Shown here piece after piece: positions 48,441-58,181 of a stretch of DNA of 64,000 nt. The stretch's first letter is position 1. Every line of letters starts with the position of its first letter. A program made the position numbers and the translations under genes. The DNA is taken from assembly GCA_965243155.1 (NCBI GenBank), contig CBDEUE010000005.1, positions 1,334 to 65,333 on the forward strand, read 5' to 3'. Below the pieces are notes generated by a model. It saw nothing but the letters and a program-made list of their open reading frames with translations. It was not told the origin of the DNA and ran no database searches. The DNA comes from Spiribacter sp. GTDB lineage: Bacteria; Pseudomonadota; Gammaproteobacteria; Nitrococcales; Nitrococcaceae.

Positions 48441-49877
48441 GTGCCTGAGACGCGGAATGTCTCACAATCACTGCGGCAACAAATCACGTTGACGCTAACG
48501 AGTATCGTGGCGCTTGCCATGTTCACTATGGGCTCGTCGCTTTTTGTCGCGCAGGCCGCCCGCGATGATGCAGCGGCAGTCAATCTGGCCGCGTCACTGC
48601 GAGCCCAAGTCTTCCGGCTCGCTCTTCTGGCGCAGGAACAAGCGCCGGTCTACCAGTTACAGACTGCCAGTGCCGGCCTCACCAAGACATTACAGGCGCC
48701 TGCATTGTTACGCGCTATCAAGCGGGACGGTGCTCTGACTGTTGCCCGGCATTCCGAGGTTGTTCGCATTTGGCATCGGCAGATGCGCTTGCTTCTAGAC
48801 CCAGCCGTTTCGGGCGTCGCCACGTACAACATTCCGAGCCAGCTTTCCGATATTGGCCCGTTACTCGGGCGCATTGATCTGTTGGTGGATGACCTACAGG
48901 CAAAAGCTGAAGGCAGAATTCAACTGCTCCGGTTCACGCAATCCGGCGCCATCCTTCTGACCATAGGCCTCGCTTTTGCTGCGGTCCGTCGAATACGTGC
49001 TGGATTGACCAACCCGTTGACGCAATTGTTGGCAGGTATCGATCGGCTGTCCGCTGGAGAGCGTGATGTGCGCATCATTAATTCGCCGAATAACGAAATC
49101 GGTCGAGTGAGCGAACAGTTCAACCTAATGGCGCAGACACTCGCCGAGCTGCAGGATAGTTTGGAGGCGGAGGTTGAAGCCAAAACAGAGGCGCTGCGAC
49201 GTCGCAATGAAGCACTGGCCCGTGAGTCTAATGAGGACCAATTACGCATCTTGACCGAGGAGCGCGGAATCATCGCGCGCGAATTGCATGACTCCATTGC
49301 GCAATCACTTTCTTATTTAAAGATTCAGGTAGCGCGGCTGCAGTCTCAAATGGGCTCACCGGCGGGCGATCGCACCACGATTGACGATGCGCTAAATGAG
49401 CTTCGGGATGGTTTAAATACCGCCTATCAGCACCTGCGTGAGCTTTTGGTGACATTTCGTCTGCAGCTGGATCAACCTGACTTTTGCTCTGCGCTACAGG
49501 CAACCGTTGAGGAGTTCGCCAATCGGGTGCCCAACGTGGACATCGATTTGGTGATGGCTAGTGAGATCCCGATGCTATCTGCCGACCAGCGTATCCACCT
49601 AGTACACATTGTCCGCGAAGCACTATCGAATGCACTTCGGCATGCGCAGGCGAGTCGAGTGAGCATTACCGTTGCGTCGATTGAAGATGCCACCCGGCTG
49701 GTCATTCGTGTTGATGACAATGGGACAGGGTTTGATGTGTCGGGTACGCAGGGCATGCAGGGGCACTTTGGGCTGAAAATCATGCGCGAGCGTGCATGGC
49801 GGCTGGGAGGGAGCTGGTCCATTGCCCGGCTTGATGCAGGTGGAACAAGAATTGAAGTGGGGGTGCCGCTGGCATGA
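48441..49877 (+). CDS. NarX/NarQ-like sensor histidine kinase (compact)
   Basis: P-box-like AAAVNLAASLRAQVFRL, HAMP, EERGIIARELHDSIAQSLSY, REALSNALRHA, DNGTGF and HFGLKIMRER. Confidence 0.85.
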   Translation: MPETRNVSQSLRQQITLTLTSIVALAMFTMGSSLFVAQAARDDAAAVNLAASLRAQVFRLALLAQEQAPVYQLQTASAGLTKTLQAPALLRAIKRDGALTVARHSEVVRIWHRQMRLLLDPAVSGVATYNIPSQLSDIGPLLGRIDLLVDDLQAKAEGRIQLLRFTQSGAILLTIGLAFAAVRRIRAGLTNPLTQLLAGIDRLSAGERDVRIINSPNNEIGRVSEQFNLMAQTLAELQDSLEAEVEAKTEALRRRNEALARESNEDQLRILTEERGIIARELHDSIAQSLSYLKIQVARLQSQMGSPAGDRTTIDDALNELRDGLNTAYQHLRELLVTFRLQLDQPDFCSALQATVEEFANRVPNVDIDLVMASEIPMLSADQRIHLVHIVREALSNALRHAQASRVSITVASIEDATRLVIRVDDNGTGFDVSGTQGMQGHFGLKIMRERAWRLGGSWSIARLDAGGTRIEVGVPLA

Positions 49878-50518
49878 CGCATAGAGTACTCATCATTGAT
49901 GATCATCCGCTGCTCCGAAGAGGTCTGTCACAACTGCTGGCACTTGAGCCGGAGCGCGAACTGGAACTGATTGGTGAGACGGGAGACCCAGCGGAGGGAG
50001 TCCGGCTTGCTGAATCGTTGGCGCCGGATCTGATCATCCTCGATCTCGATATGCCGAAGATGAATGGTGCTCAGACACTACAGGCACTGCGCGAGGGAGG
50101 CTGCGAGGCGGCGGTTGTCATTCTGACAGTCTCTGATCGGGACGAGGATATTGCCGAAACCCTTAAAGCTGGCGCCAATGGTTATCTGCTAAAAGACATG
50201 GAGCCAGAGCAGCTGCTAGCGGCATTGAGCCGGGCGGCCAACGGCGAGATTGTGATCAGCCCAGCGCTTACGTCCACGCTCTGCCGAGCGATGCAGAATC
50301 ATCACCCCGGCTCGGCGCTGAGCCGTTCACGTATAACCGCTCGAGAGCAGGAAATTCTGTCATTGCTGGCCCGCGGCTGTAGCAACAAGTTAATTGCCAG
50401 AGCGCTTGATATCACCGAAGGCACCGCTAAGGTCCATGTGCGCAATTTACTGCGCAAAATGAAACTCCGCTCCCGGGTTGAGGCCGCGGTTTGGGCCGTG
50501 CAAAACGAGATTGGTTAG
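49874..50518 (+). CDS. narL: NarL/NarP-like response regulator
   Basis: IDDHPLLRRG, LDLDMP, LTVSD, GYLLKDMEP and EGTAKVHV.NLL.K...SRVEAAVW. Confidence 0.85.
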   Translation: MTHRVLIIDDHPLLRRGLSQLLALEPERELELIGETGDPAEGVRLAESLAPDLIILDLDMPKMNGAQTLQALREGGCEAAVVILTVSDRDEDIAETLKAGANGYLLKDMEPEQLLAALSRAANGEIVISPALTSTLCRAMQNHHPGSALSRSRITAREQEILSLLARGCSNKLIARALDITEGTAKVHVRNLLRKMKLRSRVEAAVWAVQNEIG

Positions 50519-51180
50519 CGCATCGGTAGACTTTGTGTGAGCTGGTCGATGAGAACCGCCGCCTGCTCCTGGCGCTGGCGTGACAGCGCCTCACCAAGAA
50601 TATCGCCACCCATGGCGCCGCCAACGCCGCCGACAACCGTGCCGGTGGAATCGCCGCCCACTTCTGCGCCAATGATGCCGCCACCGATAGCGCCCAAGAG
50701 CATTCCGGCCCGGCGGGTCATATCAGCGCCTGTGCGCGCACTGCCAGAGGCTGACCAGAGGATGGTCCCGTCCTCAACGTCGATCATCTGCGCGCTCATG
50801 CTCATGGTGTCGCCAAATTCCGGTAGATTAATAAGAATAACGCTATCGACATTGAGTATCCGGCCCGCCTGTGCGGCCCCGGATGCACTGGTCACAGCGG
50901 ATCGCGAGAAGTCCTGTTCCTCAAGCACCGCATTGATCTGACTACGCTCGATTGGACTGAAGCCAAGCCCCAGCAGCGCTTGATTGAACATGCTGGCGAT
51001 CTGATCGCGTGCGGCATCACCACCAATGCCCTCTACCGAGACCACGGCCGTGCGCTCGATGAGGTTGAAATCATAGGTTTGGTTGTACTGCCCGCTACCG
51101 CTTACCGAGGCGCAGGCGGTAATGACGAGCGCCAACAGTAGTGGTGTGAGGAATTTTGGTAGGTAGACGATCTGCTTCAT
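50515..51180 (-). CDS. CsgG/HfaB-like outer-membrane lipoprotein with glycine zipper
   Basis: Lipobox ITAC; ERSQINAVLEEQ...GRILNVD...MIDVEDGTILW; GAIGGG/GGVGGAMGG zipper. Confidence 0.72.
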   Translation of the reverse strand: MKQIVYLPKFLTPLLLALVITACASVSGSGQYNQTYDFNLIERTAVVSVEGIGGDAARDQIASMFNQALLGLGFSPIERSQINAVLEEQDFSRSAVTSASGAAQAGRILNVDSVILINLPEFGDTMSMSAQMIDVEDGTILWSASGSARTGADMTRRAGMLLGAIGGGIIGAEVGGDSTGTVVGGVGGAMGGDILGEALSRQRQEQAAVLIDQLTQSLPMR

Positions 51181-51302
51181 GGTATGCCACTCCTGGCCGT
51201 TGCTATCTGTCCATTATGACCTGCCGTAGGCCAAATGTTATCCCCTGCTGGCGGGGGCGAACTCAGCCGTTATACTCAACTGACCATTCACGCCGGAGGT
51301 TG

Positions 51303-52622
51303 ATGATGCTCGATAAAGCCAAACGCACTGCGCAGAGAAGTCTCGTCGTCAATGAATTCACCAACTCGGTGCTTGATCCCAATGAAGCGATGCTTGGCCC
51401 CATTGAAAATGGCGGCACCATTATTGCGAACACCGCGCCTGGCTGTTGGGGGCCAATGATTACCCCCAGCCTGCGCGGTGGGCATGAGGTTACCAAGCCA
51501 GTTGAGGTGGTTGGTGCCGAGGTGGGTGACGGTATGGCTATTCGCATTCGCGATATCACCGTGACGGCACTCGCGACCGCTTCTGGTCATGACTCCTCCC
51601 CCGAAGGTTTCTGTCTTGGGGATCCCTATGTTGCGGCGCGTTGCCCCACTTGCGACACGCTCTGGCCAGAGACGCATGTTGAAGGAATTGGGCAGGAGTC
51701 GGTGCGTTGTGACACCTGTGGCAATCCGGTGACGCCGTTTTCGATTGTCCATGGTTATACCGTCAGCTTTGACGACACCCGCAGTGTTGGCGTGACCATG
51801 GATCAGGCAGCTGCCGAAAAGATTGGCCATGAGGCGGATCATTACGCTGCGCTGCCGGATGGCAGCCATCAGCACTCTATTCTTCACTACGCGCCTTCAG
51901 ATATGCCGCGGACGCTGATTCGCATGCGTCCGTTCTTGGGGCAGCTGGGCAGCTGTCCGTCCATGCCGATGCCGGATAGTCACAACGCCGGCGATTTTGG
52001 CGCCTTTTTGGTGGGTGCGCCGCATGATTATGCGGTTAATGCTGAACAGCTCGCCGAGCATAAGACTGATGGGCATATGGACATCGATGCTGTTCGCGCT
52101 GGTGCGATTCTCGTGGCGCCTGTCAAAGTGGCAGGTGGCGGTGTCTACTTGGGTGACATGCATGCCGGTCAGGGTGATGGCGAAATTGCCGGACACACCA
52201 TGGACGTGGCAGGCAGCGTGACACTGCAGGTCGAGGTGGTTAAGAACTACCCCATCGATGGCCCGGTACTGTTCCCCTTGGTGGAGGATCTGCCGCCGTT
52301 AGCCAAGCCTTTCACTGCCGAGGAGACCGCTAAGGGAGAGCGTCTCGCAAAGCGTTGGGGCTTGGGGGCATTAGAGGCGACGGCACCAATTTCAGTGATC
52401 GGTACCGCGGCCAACCTCAATGAAGCGATCGATAATGGCCTCGAACGGGCGGCTAAGCTGTTGGATATGACTGTTGCGGAAGTCCGTAACCGTGCAACCG
52501 TCAACGGTGCAATTGAAATTGGTCGGGCGCCTGGGGTAATTCAGGTGACCTTCCTCGCGCCGCTTGCCAAGTTGGATGCGGTGGGGCTGGGTGATTACGC
52601 CCGGGAGCAGTACGGGCTTTAA
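51303..52622 (+). CDS. Acetamidase/formamidase-family protein
   Basis: GHEVTKPVEV.GAEVGD, RPFLG, GHMD and GDMHAGQGDGEI; GGAGG RBS. Confidence 0.88.
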   Translation: MMLDKAKRTAQRSLVVNEFTNSVLDPNEAMLGPIENGGTIIANTAPGCWGPMITPSLRGGHEVTKPVEVVGAEVGDGMAIRIRDITVTALATASGHDSSPEGFCLGDPYVAARCPTCDTLWPETHVEGIGQESVRCDTCGNPVTPFSIVHGYTVSFDDTRSVGVTMDQAAAEKIGHEADHYAALPDGSHQHSILHYAPSDMPRTLIRMRPFLGQLGSCPSMPMPDSHNAGDFGAFLVGAPHDYAVNAEQLAEHKTDGHMDIDAVRAGAILVAPVKVAGGGVYLGDMHAGQGDGEIAGHTMDVAGSVTLQVEVVKNYPIDGPVLFPLVEDLPPLAKPFTAEETAKGERLAKRWGLGALEATAPISVIGTAANLNEAIDNGLERAAKLLDMTVAEVRNRATVNGAIEIGRAPGVIQVTFLAPLAKLDAVGLGDYAREQYGL

Positions 52623-52636
52623 TCCCGGCAGACGCT

Positions 52637-53503
52637 GTGGCGGCACTGAACTATCATCATTTGCGCTACTTCCGGGAAGTGGCGCATGAGGGGCATCTCA
52701 CACGTGCCGCCCAGCGTCTTAATGTCTCCCAGTCGGCGCTCTCAGCGCAGATCAAACAGTTAGAAGACCGTCTGGGTCAGTCACTTTTTGAACGGCAAGG
52801 CCGATCGCTGCAACTGACCGAAGCGGGTCGGATTGCGCTGGACTATGCCGATACCATTTTCACCACCGGCGATGAACTCATTGCCACTCTGCAGCAAACT
52901 GGCCTCGCCCGACAGGCTTTGCGCGTCGGAGCGCTCGCCACACTTTCGCGAAATTTTCAGCTGACTTTCCTGCAACCAGTGCTCAACCGCTCGGATGTTG
53001 AAGTGGTACTGCGGGCAGGTGGGGTCGCTGAGCTATTCACCGCACTCAGCGCGCTCCAGCTTGATGTGGTGCTGACCAACGAACCGCCACAGGCAGATGC
53101 TTTGCAGCCTTATCATGTCCATCGTATTGATGAACAACCGGTCAGCCTCATTGGCACCCCATCCCTAGTCGCGCTGGGTGAGTCCTTGGCGGAACGACTG
53201 GCCCAGGCACCTTTGATTCTGCCAACCCGCTCTAGCGCCCTTCGCATCGGTATCGATGGCGTGCTTGCGCAGCTTGATGTCCAACCACAGATTGCAGCCG
53301 AGATTGATGACATGGCGATGATGCGGCTGCTTACCCGTGAGGGTGTGGGGCTGGCCGTGATTCCACCGATTGTGGTTCGTGACGAGCTAGACCGGGGCGA
53401 TCTGGTTGAGGCAGATCGCCTCCCTGCACTCAGCGAGACCTTTTACGCCGTCACGCTTGAGCGGCGTTTTCCCAATCCACTACTGCGTGACGTCCTTGGC
53501 TGA
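52637..53503 (+). CDS. LysR-family regulator (NhaR-like)
   Basis: LNYHHLRYF, SQSALSAQIKQLE and EIDDMAMMRL. Confidence 0.92.
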   Translation: MAALNYHHLRYFREVAHEGHLTRAAQRLNVSQSALSAQIKQLEDRLGQSLFERQGRSLQLTEAGRIALDYADTIFTTGDELIATLQQTGLARQALRVGALATLSRNFQLTFLQPVLNRSDVEVVLRAGGVAELFTALSALQLDVVLTNEPPQADALQPYHVHRIDEQPVSLIGTPSLVALGESLAERLAQAPLILPTRSSALRIGIDGVLAQLDVQPQIAAEIDDMAMMRLLTREGVGLAVIPPIVVRDELDRGDLVEADRLPALSETFYAVTLERRFPNPLLRDVLG

Positions 53504-53545
53504 TTCTCTCCTGTGAACGTCTATTTGGTCACGGTTCGCTAGGCC

Positions 53546-53560
53546 AATTAGATACTAATT
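53546..53560. promoter_or_regulatory. Perfect inverted repeat, candidate operator
   Basis: AATTAG-ATA-CTAATT in an AT-rich spacer upstream of a winged-helix gene. Confidence 0.4.
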
Positions 53561-53639
53561 TAAAACACGAATTTCATTGCGAGTCCCGTTCTGCGTGGCT
53601 AGCTTCGACGGGGTTATAGGTTTGAGAAGAGATAACGCC

Positions 53640-53993
53640 ATGGAGCGGCAGGAGAATCTAACCGACACCGAATTAACCGAGCGTCTACGAAAGGCGCTGG
53701 AGCCGGTGCTGCCTTATGGCCCTTCCTTGATACCGTTGGATATTTTGGTTGTGGTGGCGACTGCGCATCACGCCGGCCAGCCACTTTCCATGAAAGAGCT
53801 GATGGTGGTGCTGCCCTATTCAGCCACGGGCATTCGCTACAACCTGGCCCAGCTTATTGCCGATGGTTGGATTACCAAGGTTAGACATTCTGATGACCGC
53901 CGTTTGGTCCATCTTGTGCCATCCGAGCGGGTCGCCGAGGCCTTTGCTCAGGTTCGCGAGGAGTTCCTGCGGTCTGTCTCCTCTTGCAATTGA
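53640..53993 (+). CDS. MarR-like winged-helix protein
   Basis: LSMKEL...S.TGIRYNL..L...GWI......DDRR...L.P. Confidence 0.75.
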   Translation: MERQENLTDTELTERLRKALEPVLPYGPSLIPLDILVVVATAHHAGQPLSMKELMVVLPYSATGIRYNLAQLIADGWITKVRHSDDRRLVHLVPSERVAEAFAQVREEFLRSVSSCN

Positions 53994-54054
53994 GTCATAG
54001 CATCCACAGCATGGCATCAGCGCAATCAAGCGAAGTCTTTCGGAGTGATGTTCC

Positions 54055-55071
54055 ATGCAAAATCGTACGATGCAGTTGCCGCCGGGTGGTGGATTTGACC
54101 ATATCCAGATGATCGACAGCGGCCAGCCGGCTGCGCCCGGCCGTGGCGAGATCACCGTTCGTCTTCACGCGAGCTCACTGAATTATCATGACTATGGTGT
54201 TGTGAAGGGGCCGATGGCACCAAAGAATGAATCGCGGATTCCGCTCTCTGATGGCGCGGGTGAGGTGACCGCGGTCGGTGAGGGCGTAGACGAGTTCGCC
54301 GTTGGTGATTCGGTGGTGAGTACTTTCTTCCTCGATTGGCCTGCTGGTGAGCCGGTTAATGAAGGTTTTGGCTCAACGCCTGGCGATGGCGTGGATGGCT
54401 ACGCCCGTGAGTGGGTGACGCGACCGGCAACGGCATTTACTCGCGCCCCATCGGGATGGAGCCATGCCGAGGCAGCCACGTTGACCACCGCGGGTGTTAC
54501 GGCTTGGCGGTCATTGTTCGTCAACGGCGGCCTAAAACCCGGGCAGACCATCCTTACGTTAGGCACCGGTGGCGTTTCTATTTTTGCGCTGCAGTTGGCT
54601 GTCGCGGCCGGCGCGAGGGTGATCAGCACGTCCTCCAGTGATGCCAAGCTGGAGCGACTGCAGGCCATGGGTGCAGAGGCCGTCATCAATTACAAAGATG
54701 ATCCGGACTGGGGCAAAACAGTACGCAAGCTCACTAATGGACGCGGCGTGGACCATGTGGTGGAAGTCGGCGGCCCAGGCACGCTGCCGCAATCAATGAT
54801 TGCGACGGCAGTGGGTGGGCACGTCTCGCTGATTGGTGTGTTAACCGGCGTGAAGGGCGATTTCCTAATGGGGCCTGCGCTTTTCCGGCAGCTTCGTCTG
54901 CAGGGCGTGCTGGTGGGCACTCGACGTGATCAGCAGGAAATGGTCGCCGCGCTCGAGGCAACGGATATTCGGCCTGTCATCGACCGACATTTCCCACTTG
55001 AGCAGTTGATTGATGCCTTCCGCCATGAGGAGAGCGGCGCGCATTTCGGCAAAATTTGTATCGATATCTAA
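54055..55071 (+). CDS. Medium-chain NAD(P)-dependent alcohol dehydrogenase-like (MDR)
   Basis: SSLNYHD, PLSDGAG, GTGGVS and HFGKICI. Confidence 0.9.
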   Translation: MQNRTMQLPPGGGFDHIQMIDSGQPAAPGRGEITVRLHASSLNYHDYGVVKGPMAPKNESRIPLSDGAGEVTAVGEGVDEFAVGDSVVSTFFLDWPAGEPVNEGFGSTPGDGVDGYAREWVTRPATAFTRAPSGWSHAEAATLTTAGVTAWRSLFVNGGLKPGQTILTLGTGGVSIFALQLAVAAGARVISTSSSDAKLERLQAMGAEAVINYKDDPDWGKTVRKLTNGRGVDHVVEVGGPGTLPQSMIATAVGGHVSLIGVLTGVKGDFLMGPALFRQLRLQGVLVGTRRDQQEMVAALEATDIRPVIDRHFPLEQLIDAFRHEESGAHFGKICIDI

Positions 55072-55820
55072 CCGCGGCCCAGATACGGCATTTGAGTGGC
55101 CATGAGCGTCATAAACTGCACATTGGCCTCAAGCGGTAGATTGCTAATGTAGCGAATGGCGTCGGCAACATGCTGAACATCCATGACAGGCTCACGCCGG
55201 ATGCTGCCATCCGGCTGCGGGATGCCCGCTTTCATGGGGGCCGTCATGGGTGTTTCCGCATTGCCGATGTCAATCTGACTGCAGGCGATGTTGTATGGCC
55301 GTCCGTCGAGTGAGATGGATTTCGTCAGGCCCGTAATTGCATGCTTAGAGGTGGTATAGGCCACTGAACCTACCCTTGGGGCATGAGCGGAAATGGAGCC
55401 ATTATTAATGATCCGCCCACCCTGTGGACTTTGCTCGCGCATCAACTGAAAGGACGTTTGAGCGATTAGAAAAGCCCCGTCCAGGTTAACTGACATCACT
55501 CGGCGCCAGTCCTCCCAGCTGACTTCGCTGATCTCGCTAGAGGCCATGAACGCGCCGGCGTTGTTAAACACCACATCAATCCGTCCGTAGACGTCGCGAA
55601 TTCGGGCAAAAAGTGCGCCAACGGCTTCGGGATTGGCGACATTCGTTGGCACGGGCAGGGCCTGGTCCGGATACCGCCCAGCAATCTCATCGAGTGCATC
55701 GGCGCGTCTTGCGGCCAGTATCACGTGGTGGCCGTCATCCAGCATGGCCTCGGCAACAGCCTGCCCAATGCCCTGGGTGGCGCCGGTAACCAGAATGACT
55801 TTGGCGTCTTGTGTGCTCAT
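55068..55820 (-). CDS. SDR-family oxidoreductase
   Basis: TGATQGIG, FNNAG, NNGSISAH and YTTSK. Confidence 0.92.
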   Translation of the reverse strand: MSTQDAKVILVTGATQGIGQAVAEAMLDDGHHVILAARRADALDEIAGRYPDQALPVPTNVANPEAVGALFARIRDVYGRIDVVFNNAGAFMASSEISEVSWEDWRRVMSVNLDGAFLIAQTSFQLMREQSPQGGRIINNGSISAHAPRVGSVAYTTSKHAITGLTKSISLDGRPYNIACSQIDIGNAETPMTAPMKAGIPQPDGSIRREPVMDVQHVADAIRYISNLPLEANVQFMTLMATQMPYLGRG

Positions 55821-55846
55821 CGTTTGATGTCCTTTAACGGTGGCGC

Positions 55847-56476
55847 TCAAGTCAGCAGCGTGAACGCGATTTTCGTGGCAAAACCGAGAAAAGCGATACC
55901 GGCGAGCCGTTCAATCCAATGCTGATGGTCTTCGAGTCGAATCAACCAGCCGGTAGAAGCCGTCAACAGGCTAACCGTTGAAAACCAGACAAAGCCGCTG
56001 AAGCCAACCACTGCGATAACGGTGGTAATTACCCATAGTGGTGTCTGTGGCCGGATTGCGGTGCCAAAAATGCTGGCAAAAAAGATAATGGCTTTGGGGT
56101 TGGTGAGGTTCACCAAGACCCCCAATAAAAAGGGGTTGCGCGGGCCTGCCGGCGGTTTGGGTGCTTCATTTTCAAGATGACGAGTTGGCGCATGTGTCAG
56201 TAGTAGTCGTATCCCTAGATAAGCAAGGAATAGGGCACCGGCAGTGCGCACAGCCATCTCAAACCAGTCGATACGGTTGAGCAGCGTTGCCAGCCCTAAT
56301 GCACTGAGTGCGGCATAGAAACTAATGCCCATGCTGACCCCTAATGCGGTTAACAAGCCTGCGCGCTTGCCGCGTGCAACCGTGTTGCGGACAACGGCGA
56401 CAAAGTCAGGCCCCGGAAGCATCAAAGCGGGTGAGAAGACCGCAAAGATTCCGAGAATGGGAAGCACGTTTTGCAT
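55847..56476 (-). CDS. LysE/RhtB-family translocator
   Basis: PGPDF, G...ALG and NLTNPKA. Confidence 0.9.
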   Translation of the reverse strand: MQNVLPILGIFAVFSPALMLPGPDFVAVVRNTVARGKRAGLLTALGVSMGISFYAALSALGLATLLNRIDWFEMAVRTAGALFLAYLGIRLLLTHAPTRHLENEAPKPPAGPRNPFLLGVLVNLTNPKAIIFFASIFGTAIRPQTPLWVITTVIAVVGFSGFVWFSTVSLLTASTGWLIRLEDHQHWIERLAGIAFLGFATKIAFTLLT

Positions 56477-56505
56477 GGGGGCGCAGTGTCGCATAGATTG
56501 ATTGC

Positions 56506-57186
56506 ATGTTCAGACGAGCCAACAAAGTTCTCATCGGCCTTTGGCTTTTGTTAAGCGGCGTTGTCCTAGCCGCTGACCCGCCGTTAATTCAGGCGATTCG
56601 AGATGGTGACTCGGCCGGGGCTCTTGCAATGCTGGATCGTGGTGCCTCGCCGGAGGCGACAACACCTGACGGTGAGTTTGAGAGCAAAACGGCATTGATG
56701 TGGGCGGCCGAGACTGGCGATGTTGAGGTTTTGGATGCCTTATTGGCCGCCGGTGCAGAGGTCGACCGCCCCAACAATAAAAGTGGGACAGCGTTGATGT
56801 ATGCCGCCGTGGCGGGTGAGCGGGTGGCGCTGGAGCATCTATTGGATGCTGGTGCTGATCCGAATGTTCAGGTGCGGCACGGCTGGTCGCCGCTGCTACT
56901 GGCAACGGTGAAAGGCCATATTGATGTGCTTAATGCGTTAGTTGATGCTGGCGGCGATGTGCAGGTTCGCGATGTGTACGGCTGGACATTGTTAATGCGA
57001 GCGGTGGATCGCGGGGAAAGAGCGATGGTCGAGCGGCTGCTCGAATTAGGCGTCTCGCCGAGTGCAACAGATCAGAGTGGCAACAACGCGCATACCGTTG
57101 CCGCCGACCAGGCTGACCCTTGGTTTGCGAATCGATTGAAAGCTGCTGACCCTGAAGGCGCGCAGGCGGCGATCAGCAGCCCATAA
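56506..57186 (+). CDS. Secreted ankyrin-repeat protein
   Basis: Signal peptide (VLA-ADP) and about 5 repeats of the TALMWAA/TALMYAA/SPLLLAT/TLLMRAV type. Confidence 0.88.
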   Translation: MFRRANKVLIGLWLLLSGVVLAADPPLIQAIRDGDSAGALAMLDRGASPEATTPDGEFESKTALMWAAETGDVEVLDALLAAGAEVDRPNNKSGTALMYAAVAGERVALEHLLDAGADPNVQVRHGWSPLLLATVKGHIDVLNALVDAGGDVQVRDVYGWTLLMRAVDRGERAMVERLLELGVSPSATDQSGNNAHTVAADQADPWFANRLKAADPEGAQAAISSP

Positions 57187-57889
57187 TATTGCCGCTATAT
57201 TCCTCCAGCGGCACGGCCTGAACATCCTGGCTCACGGTTTGCTGTGCATCACCGCGTGGATATTCAAGATCAAGCCGTGATGAGTACTCGCTGAAGAAGC
57301 GATTAAAAAGCTCTCCGCCCAGCGTGCCGGTGGCATAGAGCATGTCGCTGTCGCCATCATGCTCTAGCAAAATTGTTGCCAAAGGCTGCCGCGCCGGGCC
57401 ATTGACGACGGCGGCACCACGTGCGGGATCGTAACGGCTGTTCTCCGCGCAGCAGGTGATCGTGCCGTTGGGCCGTTCTTCGCCGGGGATGGCTGGTCGA
57501 TAGCTGATATAGCTAAGCATTGGTGTGGGATAGGCCAGCTTGTGAGCACAAATTGCCGAGTAGGCCACGATGCAGCGGCCAGCGCCGACTCCACCCGGCC
57601 ATTGGTAGGTTTCCCCATTTTCGGTCAAAAGCCCATCCACGGGATCCACAGATTCGTTCAGACAGATTAAAAAGGCAGGCGTTGACTTGAACGGGTAGGC
57701 AAACACCCACTGCTTCTCGGCTTGCAGGTCGGCTGCCCGCAGCGGATTACCGCCCCCATCGACCAGTCTGACCCTGGGGTAGTGACGAGGGCTGGCGGTT
57801 GCCTCGGTGATCACTTTGGGGAGCTGCGTGCTAACAGCCGCACAGCCAATGCCGGCACCGCATGCCTTGATAAAGCCCCGTCGCTGCAT
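57173..57889 (-). CDS. Tat-exported Rieske-like Fe-S protein with atypical box 2
   Basis: QRRGFIK; AYSAICAH (box 1); CCAENSRYD (box 2); GPARQPL. Confidence 0.75.
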   Translation of the reverse strand: MQRRGFIKACGAGIGCAAVSTQLPKVITEATASPRHYPRVRLVDGGGNPLRAADLQAEKQWVFAYPFKSTPAFLICLNESVDPVDGLLTENGETYQWPGGVGAGRCIVAYSAICAHKLAYPTPMLSYISYRPAIPGEERPNGTITCCAENSRYDPARGAAVVNGPARQPLATILLEHDGDSDMLYATGTLGGELFNRFFSEYSSRLDLEYPRGDAQQTVSQDVQAVPLEEYSGNIMGC

Positions 57890-58002
57890 AGCTCCTCCCC
57901 TTTGTATTCGGCCTAAATTCCTGAGCCTACCGCCGGTTGCTCCGTTAGGGAAGGGCTTCTTTAGGGGGAAAGCGGTTTTGTGAAAGATGCTTAGATAGGA
58001 GA

Positions 58003-58078
58003 TGGTGGCCAGGGGCAGAATCGAACTGCCGACACGAGGATTTTCAGTCCACTGCTCTACCGACTGAGCTACCTGGCC
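58003..58078 (-). tRNA. tRNA-Phe(GAA)
   Basis: 76-nt cloverleaf GGCCAGG...CTGAAAA...TTCGATT...CCTGGCCACCA. Confidence 0.97.
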
Positions 58079-58181
58079 CCAGAAGGGAAGCGGTATTCAA
58101 ACCGATGCGCTCCTCAGGGTCAAGTTGGATCGTTGATATGGATGATTGCTTTGCGTCGATTTGGGTGATGTCATAGCGCGC

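Noticed and set aside
50515-58078. Genomic island integrated at tRNA-Phe
   Set aside because: No integrase, no duplicated tRNA 3' end spotted by eye, and composition similar to the backbone.
58003-58078. Defective tRNA-Phe (U-U mismatch in the anticodon stem)
   Set aside because: A single mismatch with all other conserved elements and CCA intact is most likely tolerated.
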